Of a stretch of DNA of 64,000 nt, positions 13,952 through 23,910 are shown one piece after another. The number at the start of each line of letters is the position of its first letter. The first letter of the stretch is position 1. The position numbers and the translations under genes are program-made. The notes beneath the pieces were generated by a model. That model was not told the origin of the DNA. It ran no database searches and saw only the letters and a list, made by a program, of their open reading frames with translations. Source of the stretch: Lama guanicoe (Eukaryota); assembly GCA_013239625.1 (NCBI GenBank), contig MU053629.1, forward strand, positions 4,553,567 to 4,617,566, given 5' to 3'.

Positions 13952-14530
13952 TATGTTACCACCGTAATTACATTCTAAATGATTTGTGTTTATATAATAT
14001 CTTAGTTATCTGTATTATATATTCCTTATGACTTATGCTTATTTTCTCAAATGCAGTGTTTATTTTTGCACTGTAGTAAAATATCAGAGTTATATAATTG
14101 TCCTTAGACTTAAAAGTCCCTGAGATTTCTTGAGAGCCACTTTTTAGTCTGAAAAATGCTCATCTAACTTACTGATCCCCAAATATTTGGATTTTGTGAA
14201 CTAATCAATTTTTTCATTTTTAGACTGAGGGAGAGACATAGGCATGATAACTTTTAATTTTGCTAAATAAAAACAATAAAATAAACTAATAAAAATGTAC
14301 TGTTAACCATTACTTTATTAAAGAAAAAGAATGGGAGTCATTTAAAGATTAAAACAGTGGGCAGTGCATAATCTCGAAAGTAAAGATGATCACTAAGTGA
14401 GTAAATTTAGTTTTATGTAAAACTCACTATATTATTCTTAATTTTGTTGATTTGCTCTGGGTGGTGAAAACTTTCTTTGTGAATTGGCAGTGGTCCACGG
14501 ACTGGGTCAGGATGTCAAGTCCAGGTCCTC

Positions 14531-14666
14531 TCATGAATTCTCTTAATGTTTATAGTGAGAACCTGAGGCCCCAAAGAATTTTAACTTAAACTAGAGCCCC
14601 ACTCTCCTAATTCAGAGTGTTGGGGCAAATTATTTTTAAAATGAAAAAGAAAGTGAAAATACACTT
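14531..14666 (+). repeat. Source copy of a 136-bp dispersed direct duplication
   Basis: tcatgaattctctt...aaaatacactt is identical by eye to 15203-15338. Confidence 0.93.
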
Positions 14667-15202
14667 GAGAAGGATAACGTTTTAAGTTCCTTAAAACCTA
14701 AGTGGGTTTCCTTTCCCCCTTATTTCTTGAGGCAGCGCCTACCATCACATACTCTTTGTTTAAGCAGAGTCAGGTCTGAATAAACAATTAAAAAGCAAAG
14801 AGTAGGGGGATCTCTGTCTCAGAAAGCATAGACAAGATTGGCTTGTTGTCCTCTTGGTCTGTCTTGGTTCTTATGGCTGAGATTCCTTTGGGTTACAGTT
14901 TTGCCATAAAGAGAACCATTTGGCCTTAATCTTAAAATAGGTCTTGGTTGGTAGTCTTAAGTTGCCACTCTGTTTTTAAACACCTGCATTGGTCTCTTAT
15001 TTTTTAGGTTCAATTTGGTTCAGAAAAATGATTCCAGGATTTGGGTGTTGGCATGGGGAAGACACTGCAAAATGACCACATATTTACTATATATATATAT
15101 ATATAGTGATTTTAAACCAATAAGATGAAGAGGCCCTTCCACATGAGAGTCGGGGTGTTGCCTAAATAAAATTCAAAGGATTACTCTCCAAAAGCTTAAA
15201 GA

Positions 15203-15338
15203 TCATGAATTCTCTTAATGTTTATAGTGAGAACCTGAGGCCCCAAAGAATTTTAACTTAAACTAGAGCCCCACTCTCCTAATTCAGAGTGTTGGGGCAA
15301 ATTATTTTTAAAATGAAAAAGAAAGTGAAAATACACTT
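15203..15338 (+). repeat. Inserted copy of the 136-bp duplication, followed by (TA)n
   Basis: Identical to 14531-14666. Flanked by aaagctta at 15191-15198 and 15356-15363. Confidence 0.93.
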
Positions 15339-17069
15339 TATATATATATATATATAAAGCTTAGTTTTTCATATGGAATTCCATAAATTTGCAGTCACCT
15401 TAGTATTTCTTTAAAAACCATATGGGGAAGGCAAAATGAGACACACTGTCACCATAAATCCTTTGATCATTCTTTTCCATTGATTATAAAGGTTAAATGA
15501 ATAAACCACCTGGATCTCTGCATTAAAAGACAAAACAAAGCAAAACAAAAAACCCCAGCAACTTCTGAGTTGAAACTTAGAGAATTACTTTTTTCCCCCT
15601 TGGATGCAAGCATTTTCTGGCTTTGGGCCAACAGAAGCATGCGTTTTTATCAGTAATTTAAATAGATTTTTGTATTAGACCTGAAAATGTTGCCCTTTTC
15701 ATTGGAAACTTATCAATTATTTAAATTGCCAGCAGCCTTCGGCTGCTCGCTTTATGTGTACCATAATAATGGCATACAGTGGTTTGTGATACATGTGACA
15801 CGTGGACTGTTGCTCTGTGGTAAGGATTTGTCATGACAGCAGGTTGTTGTGGGCTGTAGATAATAACCGGCATATTAAACCAAAGTCTGTTGTCACACAT
15901 TAGTACCATTTTATGTAAGTTATTTAGAAGTTGTGTTCCTTTCTTCATTAGATATATTTTCAAGAGATAATGAGAAGAAAACAAAGCTATAATAAATTGT
16001 CTTTTAAGAAAATGTAAAGTAATTTGGTCTCCAAGGAGATATTTAATGTATTGAGAGAATTCAGCCGCCAAGTGTTATTACAGCACCATTGCGATAGCTC
16101 TCTGCGTTTTGTTATGAGTTTGTGTTAATCAACAATCTGTTTTTATAGCGTAGTTTCTTGTAAGTTATGTTGTTGGAATATTCCACTTCTGGGATCATGG
16201 CTTTTCCTCTGACACTATTGTATCTTTTTAATTTCTCCATAAAGTATTTTTTTAATTAGAATTTGAAATGCTTTATTAGAAAAACAAATACACACAACCT
16301 ACATATTCTGAAAACTAAATACCTGATCACTGCTAATTATTTAAAGGACCCTATTAAATGGTCCCTTAAAGTAGTTTACATTTTTTTGTTGTTCCTGTTT
16401 TTCCCCCTCTCATTTTCTAGAGAGATTGAAGATAATACGCCACTTTTCTTCTGTCTGTTTGTATCGGTTGTCTAGTAGTGCTGGCTTCATCTCCTTAGAG
16501 CATCAAACAACGCTGGGCCTTATTTATTGATTCATTATAAGCTTTATTTATCACTGAGACCCTTTTATAAGAGGGGGTTATTTGAATGTTAACCTCTGCT
16601 TTCAGATGACCTTTCATCAAGAAACTCAGCAGTACATCTTGCTTTTGTAAATGGATTCACGTTTGTTTCTGCTAAATCCCATGTGTAATAAAGGATTTAT
16701 TACACCTGGTTCTCTCGATACTGAGAGGCTTGTTTGAGTGGAGCACAGTATTAACAAGAATCGTTTTCTTCATTTTGCCCGCTCTCTTTATACCATGTCT
16801 CCACATTGCCGGAAGAGGACGAGATAAGTGTGACTGCAATGCCTCCCATCATGGCAGAGACCTTGTGTTTTAGTGGAGTGGAAGTGTTCCCTTTGGTGTA
16901 CTTGACCTTAGTGTTCCTTGTTAGGTGTTGGTCACCTGAGGGAAGATACTTTTTGACCTCTGTAGCACCTTGTAAATTTTGGGATATGATTTGCTTTATT
17001 CTAGTCTGCATGAGTTGGAGATTCCCTCAAAAATCACAGGTACTCAAGCAGAGTTGGAAGGGAACCTTC

Positions 17070-17210
17070 GGGGTCTTGTCCAGCTGTCTCTTTGCAGATA
17101 AGGAATCTGAGGTCTAATGAGATGAGATTCAGTGCTGAGGCCACATTGCTAGTGAACGGGAAGGCTTGGATACAGACCTGGGCCCTGGACTCCCAGTCTG
17201 CGCTCCTGGT
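17070..17210 (-). mobile_element. MIR SINE fragment
   Basis: ttgcagataaggaatctgaggtct...gaggccacattgctagtgaacgg...ctggactcccagtc. Confidence 0.6.
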
Positions 17211-18736
17211 GGTTTTAAGTGGTGTTTTTGTTTTGGCATTTGCTGAGATCCTGCTGAGGAAGCTTTTGCAAATACTACTTTTTTCCTGATGGTGAAAAAT
17301 AATGCTATTTACTAGCATGTTGGTGTGCTTGAGTTTGCAAAGGAATGTAAACAAATACTCTGTGGGCTTTTGAAGTTTTCCAGATTGAGATTTCGTCCTT
17401 ACCTCCAAGGCTGAGAATTTGTTGCCCACTTAGGAGCTGAATGTATAACAGCCCCAGGGCCTTTGCTGATAGGAAGTTTTCTTCAAAGAACAGAGATTGG
17501 AGGCTCATTTCCCACATGGTGCTTTTAAACACGCTCCATATTAAGTAGGGGCCCTACTTTGAACTCTGCGGGAGGCAAAGTCAGCTCTGTGTTCAGTGAG
17601 TGGCTAGTCCCCTAATTCAATGCGATCCATCCAAACAACTGATAACACATGACCCTCTCCTGGCAGGGTGGGGACAGGACTGTGAGAACCTCATGAAATC
17701 AGTACATAGTTTGGAACATTATTTAATTGTTTTAAACTCAAATAGTGACATGTTCTAAGCTATAATGAAGTTTTTGTATTACTGGTTTTCTCATCCTAGT
17801 TAAAGAATACAACTTTTTTTTTCCAAGACAGATTATTTTAATTCTTTTCTCTGTGTTGTCTGGGACGTTTGGATGCCCTTGAAATAGTGCTCAGGCTATA
17901 GTAGCCCCTTACTCAGCCCCTGTTGTGAAGTATCTTAGAGCACCTTTGCCAGCAAGGAGCAGAAGCACACTGAAATGGGCACCAGTTTATTGTGCAGCTC
18001 ATGGAAGCAGAGGGAGAGGCAGCCGGCCTCAGCCAGGGTGGCCCCGGGGCACTCGGCGTCCTTTGAATCACCAGTATTTTGTCATCAAGGTGGCCATGCT
18101 CTCAGTTCAGCATCAGCCGTGGAGGGCTTAGGTGGGTTCCTCTAGGGTCCTCTCCCGAGGCAGCTGGTGTGAGGGGGCAGAACCCTGTAGGACATCAGTT
18201 AGTCTCCTGGGGGCTACAGCTAGGAGCTCCTCTTCCAGAGACACGTGAGCTGCGAGCTGCGGGGAAAGGATGGACGTCCAGCAGTAGGATTGCTCTGGGG
18301 CATAACCAACGTGTGAGGCTCCTGTTGGTACTCCTAATGAGCCTGTTTTCATAGGACCAGTTTTACTGGAAACAACAGGGGTATTTTCTACATACATCTA
18401 AAAGGTGAACATAAATTTGCTGTAATACAGTAAAGTTAGAGGAATTCAGTAAATTGTCAACCTGGAGTTGGCAATTTCAAAACAAGTTGTTTCTTTCAAT
18501 ATATATTTCTTTGTTACATATGTGTTCTTTACTCATTCCTCACTACCTTTTCATTTGTTTCTTTTTTAATAGCAGTTTAACAGTAGGCTGGACCTTTATT
18601 GAGCATTATTGGGACTGGCTAAATAAAGCTATCTGTTTGTAAGGGAATGTCCTGTTAGGCCTGCTGTCTGCATGACCTGATGGTCCTGTTTTATTTAAGT
18701 GGCAGGTTCCCTGAAGCTATTTAAACTTCTACTTTG

Positions 18737-18850
18737 AATATGAAAACGAATATATGTACGTACATGCATCACTGGGACATTGTGCTGGACACCAGAAATT
18801 GACACATTGTAATTGATTGTACTTCAATTAAAAAAAAACAAAAACAAAAA
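18737..18850 (+). mobile_element. Short 5'-truncated young L1 3' end (camelid L1-like) with A-rich tail
   Basis: ...ctgggacattgtgctggacaccagaaattgacacattgtaattgattgtacttcaatt + polyA. 14-bp TSD aaacttctactttg at 18723-18736 and 18851-18864. Confidence 0.85.
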
Positions 18851-18899
18851 AAACTTCTACTTTGGAAATAGAGCAGAATTGCTAAAGTCAGGTGAAAGG

Positions 18900-19330
18900 T
18901 CAGTGTAGACAAAGCCCCAGGCTGGCCATGGTGATGACTATGCGAGCTTCAGCTGAGAGGATCCTACAAGTTTTGGATCCATTGCTGAATACAAATTTAA
19001 ACTCCTCCTGCCAACACACATTACCTTGAACTTAGCCAAGTTGAACTTTGTCTGCCGTTGGCTATCCAAACCTCTCTTCTATTAAGACCATCTGGAGCCC
19101 CCAACATCCTTTATGGTTTTACTGTCCAAAACAAATAGTGTTATCGTTAAACTTGGCCGACTTACCGTCTTTTTCATTTTCAAATCACTAATAAATACAT
19201 CTGTCTAATAACATTAGCCTATAAACAGGCCCCAGAGTTTTTCCCTGTTGACCTTTTCATTGGAAGACTTTTCATTGTGATTTCTTTCTCATCGTTTGAT
19301 CGGTCCATGACCATATGCGGACCCTCTAGG
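18900..19330 (-). mobile_element. Ancient CR1/L3 LINE reverse-transcriptase fragment
   Basis: The minus strand, with frameshifts, reads VFISDL..., SAKFNDNT (cf. KFADDT) and RQTKFNLAKFKV (cf. WQMKFNxxKCKV), which are CR1-type RT motifs. Confidence 0.7.
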
Positions 19331-20054
19331 GTCATTTAAGGAAGAGTATGTGTACACTTGTAGTCACCTCAAGGCAGAGGCAGTGAGTTATCAGGGAGCT
19401 GGGGGGACCTGAAGCCAGGTAAGTAAATACAGCTATTAATTTGGTATTTGAAATAGATTATCATCACATGTTATTTTTGACTGGAGCAGTTAAGTGCTTC
19501 CTGAGAGCTCAGCGTCAGAGAGCCTCTTAATGTAAAGTATAAGAAATAGTTGAAAGAAAATATAACTGGTAACACATCTGAGTAGTGTTGTAATCGAATC
19601 TGTAGCCGTTTGACAGAGTTACGATAGTTGGGTTCTTCACTAGGAAAACTGATAAATTAACTATGGACTGCAGATAGTTGGTTAGTTTATTGATTATTGC
19701 TGTAATTACTGATCGAGCTACATATAATGGGGTGTGCTTGCAGTATTGACAAAACAGGAATTTGAAAATTTTATCATCAGTAGCAAAAAGCCAGCATGCT
19801 TATTCCTTGTAAGTATATTCCTCATACCGGTACTATTTATATTGTCTGTTAGAAGGCGTGCTAAGGAGAGATTTGGGAAGCGTTTCTGCTATAAACGTAC
19901 AGAAGAATAGTAGATGTGATTTGATATCTAAGACTTGCCGCTGAGTGAGTTAGATCAGTGACAGTACGTAATCACCGCTGCTGTATTGGTTCCTTCCCTT
20001 AAGCAATCGGGGAGCAGCCATTAGCTGTATGGCACAGTGCTAGGCACTGTATGG

Positions 20055-20220
20055 CGGTAGTTCCTTACATTTTTGGGGACATGGGCCTTTTTTTGAAAAT
20101 GTGAGGAAAGTTGTTTATTCTTTTCCTAGAAAATTCACACGGTGCAGCATTTCACATAGGAGTTCAGGAACATCGAGGGTGTCCCAACGCCCACATAGAC
20201 CCCAGGTTAATACCTCTGCT
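20055..20220. mobile_element. hAT-Charlie non-autonomous DNA element
   Basis: Termini cggtagttcctta.../...caggttaatacctctg. Internal tttgaaaatgtgaggaaag..cctagaaaattcacac..catagaccccagg. Confidence 0.6.
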
Positions 20221-20302
20221 GTAAGAGAGAAAATACAAGACATGTTCCCTGCCCTTGATGAACTTCCAGAAGGAGAAGCAGTGTTCCTTATGGAGCCCTT
20301 TT

Positions 20303-20410
20303 TTCTTTATGTGATTTTTTTTAACATTTTTTATTGATTTATAATCATTTTACGATGTTGTGTCAAATTCCAGTGTTCAGCACAATTTTTCAGTCATTCA
20401 TGGACATATA
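20303..20410 (-). mobile_element. Short young L1 3' end
   Basis: T-rich tail then ttattgatttataatcattttacgatgttgtgtcaaattccagtg. 13-bp TSD atggagccctttt at 20290-20302 and 20411-20423. Confidence 0.85.
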
Positions 20411-20689
20411 ATGGAGCCCTTTTACTTGTTTTATTATCTAATTATACTATAGTAATTGATGGAAGGGAAGGGGATACTGATAGCCTTGATCAACAGTTAA
20501 ATTCTGCCTCTGTACTTGGTCTAAACATTTCAGTCATCTTGTTTCTGTATCATCCATTGTCATGGACATTTTTCTTCTATGTACTGTTGCTTGGAAGTGG
20601 GCGATTCATAGCCCTGGGCCCTATTTAAGATTTTTTTAAAGTACTGTCTAGGAAAGTTTCCCACATACCAGCTTCCTTGATTTTGATCT

Positions 20690-21930
20690 TCAGAACACCT
20701 TAGGAGGTGAGCAAGGCAGGCATTTTTCTCATTTTTATAGTTGAGAACACCAAGGTACGAATCACATGCCTTTCTCAAGGTCACGCAGCTGGTAAATGTA
20801 AAGCGGGGACCTGAGATCTCTCGCTGGATTTTTCTCTTATTTATATGGCCAGTTTTCCATACAGTGAATACTTATGGGATAGCAACTATCTAGCCAAGCC
20901 CTGTGCTAGGTGATGGAGGTACAGTGAATATACAGTTCATTCCTTCAAGGAGCTCACGGTCCAGTCAGTGAGGGTAACAGGAAACAGTGTTCCATGTGGG
21001 AGGACCAGGAAGACTCATAATTACCAGGCAGAGTGGTAAATGCTTAAGCATTAGATGCTCTGTGAGCACAAAGAAGGAGCACCTGATCTAGCTTTGGGGA
21101 CAGAGAAGGCTTCCTGAGGAGGGTGGCGTCTAGATGGAGTAGGTTAGGACAAGGGGACCGGGAAGGGTGTTTTGAGCAGAGAGAACTGTGTCATGAAGGT
21201 TTGGGTGAAAGGATGCTGGATGCATTCTGAAGGGGCTGCCTGTGATTAGGGTGGTATGGACAGTGAGGGTGAGGCAGGAGGGGAAGGGGCAGGAGACCAC
21301 CACCGGATAAATGAAGAGGGGGCACAGCTGTTAGGAGATGACAGAAAGCTGGAACCGGCTGAAACCAAGGTGGCTTTGAGAATAGTTCAGTCATTGCCCT
21401 TTAGCTCATATGAGATGAGGTTGGGAAGGAAGGTGGGCCAGATCATGGAGGGCCTTAGCTTGGGGAATTGAGAAGTGGGGAAAATGTAGAGTTAAAAAGA
21501 CTGGTGATTGATTAAATGTGGGGAGGAAGCAGAGAGATGGTCTGGATGACTCCCAGGTAACTGGTATGGGAAACGGGGTCCTGGTAATCTCTTTCCCTGA
21601 GATGGTGAAGCCATGTGTTGGAAGACAGGCCTAGGGCATGAGGGAGGAGTAGGGGAGGTAGGGACCTGCTGAATTCGAGGGGCCTCTGGACAACCAGTTG
21701 GGTATGTTCTGAATCTTAGGAGAGAAATCTGGGCTGGAAAAAAAGGTTTGTGATTCATCAGCCTGTAATTAGTCTCAATGACTCCTCTGGTAATTGAAAC
21801 CTTTGAAGTGGCTGACGTTAACTCAAGGAGAGTATCAGGTAAGAAGAGAAGGTTGATGAAGAACCATGGGGAACTTCAACATTTAAAGGAGGGGTGGGGA
21901 AGGAACCACTTACAGGAAACTGAGTGGTAG
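20690..21930 (-). mobile_element. MIR fragment followed by a long antisense L2
   Basis: ctcaaggtcacgcagctggtaaatg (MIR). ccctgtgctaggtgatgg..caaggagctcacggtcc, gaaggcttcctgaggagg, gggccagatcatggagggcc, ggatgactcccagg, tctgggctggaaa (L2). Confidence 0.75.
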
Positions 21931-22321
21931 GAGAGGTCGGAGGAAAGCCTCGGGGGCGAGGCCACCTGTCCTCAGAGGTATCAGCACTGCACCGTGCTGC
22001 CTTCCCCAGGCCCTGACAGATCAGGGTACGTGGCCTAAGCCACACGGGGTCTGAATGAAGAAGCCAAGCTCTCCACCAGCTCGGCAGCCTGCCCCATAGC
22101 CTGGTTTAGTGAAATGTTTTGAGATATGAGAAAGATAACTTACCTTTTGAGTCTCAGATAGCAAACACGTTTTATGTTCTGATTGAATGAACTAGAATAA
22201 AAGAAGTGTTTTTCTTGGTTGACTGATAAACCGTTTGCTACATCTATGAAACGGGTGATGATACTCCCAGAATAGGATTGGGCTGTGAGGAATTAAATGA
22301 ATAAATGTAAGTATCTAGGAT

Positions 22322-23014
22322 TGTTACTGAGCAAGGGCTTGTGTGCCTGAGGTGCAGAGAGCCAAACTCGGACAGCAGGTGTTTGCAGCAAAGAGAGGGT
22401 TTATTTGCAGGGAGCCAAGCCAGGAGAATGGGCGACTGACTCATGCTCAAAAGATCCGAACTCCCCAGTGGCTTTCAGGCAAGGGTTTTTAAAGACCGCT
22501 TGAGGGGAGAGGGTCATAGGATGCATGATCAGCTCGTGGACCTTCTCATTGGCTGGTGGCGGGGGTGATATTTCAAGAATCTCAACCTTCTGGTCCCAGG
22601 CAGCCTGAGGTCTAGGGCTTGTGCTCGGCATGGAGTCACCATCCTCCACCTGGGTGGGGGTCTTAGTTTCTATAGAGCAGCTCAGAGGTACGCCCCGGAT
22701 TGTTATCTGTATCCCTTCAGGACGAACTAGGAGTCCTGTGACTCTGTCGTCCTAATCATTAAGTGCTTGAACCTGCTCTTTCAAAGTCACTATGGCCTAA
22801 GAGAATAAAGCCTTTTTTCTACAAACAAACAAGGGACCGAGAGGGGCTTGAACCAGGGAGGGCCCCACGGGTCCTGCTCAGGTTTCAGACCCCCCTTTCC
22901 TCTCATACTCCTCAATCCTGAGGGGAACAGGAGCAGGACAAGAAAGGGAATAAAGTTTTGAGTGGGGAGGCGAATCATAAACTCAAGAGGGAGCTTAGGA
23001 GGGCTCGGGTTTCA
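22322..23014 (-). mobile_element. ERV1-class LTR inserted into a MIR, antisense to MAP2K5
   Basis: The minus strand starts TGAAACC (23014, and again 22887) and ends TAACA (22322). AATAAA at 22400-22405 and a TTTAAAA TATA-like box near 22490 on the minus strand. MIR halves flank it (ctgtgaggaattaaatga / cacagtagggagtcaataa). Confidence 0.8.
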
Positions 23015-23769
23015 CTCAAGCTTAAACACACAGTAGGGAGTCAATAAGTGATAGTTGTTTCTGTGTGTGCATCTCTCTCTGTCTCTTTTTTTTTTTAAAC
23101 AGAGAACTTGTGTCTTCTAAAATTAAACTGTGCTGTTTTGGAACTCAAGTTTTTTATATGGCAAATTTCCATGAAGAAAAGAAAAAATGTTGTAATTATT
23201 GGTTGAATTGTGCTGTTAGAATTAGGTTCATAACAAGTAGGAACAGTGTATGATAAACTCGCAAGCAAAACAAAGCCAAAAATTGTACTTGCCTATCCCC
23301 TTGTCGAATCTGGCCCTCTGTTTCAAATTAATTAGACTTTTGGATAGTGATGCTAAACTTTGTCACATCCTTATTAAAATTGTTTAAGGATTTTGAAGAA
23401 CATCTCCGAGGGACTCTGAAACCAATCTGAGTCTGGTGCTGGAGATTCCATTAGCAATCACAAAACTGATTAATCTTTTACTCAGCTAGCGTATTGATTA
23501 TTGCTGCAATTACTGCATGTAACGGATTCTACGAGGGATCCCAGAGAAAACACATTTTTATACCTGCGGCTGGCGTAGTCAGTTTGAGCACAATATCTTA
23601 TACTTTTTATACATAACCGTTTTTTGTATTTTTAAATGCCATTAACACTTCTACTCAAAGTGCTGTGCTTAATATTGTTTCACTCTGGGGAGGTTTGCTT
23701 TTAAATTTCTCAGCTACTAATCATTATGGCTTACAAATGCCTTCACTAATTCTGCTGCTGCATTTTAAT

Positions 23770-23910
23770 TTTAAGCTTCACAACAACCCTATGTAATAGA
23801 GAAGAAATCTGAACCCTCATTCAGAGGAAACTAAGGTTCAGTGAGGTTAAATGACTTCCCGAAAGCTATACTGGTTAAGAAGTGGCGAAATCAGGACTGG
23901 ACTCCATCTC
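23770..23910 (-). mobile_element. MIR SINE
   Basis: cttcacaacaaccctatg...gaggaaactaaggttcagtgaggttaaatgacttccc...aagtggcga. Confidence 0.75.

Noticed and set aside
15731..15747. Small hairpin agcagcc-ttc-ggctgct
   Set aside because: A 7-bp stem is expected by chance in 64 kb, and it is not a true cUUCGg tetraloop register.
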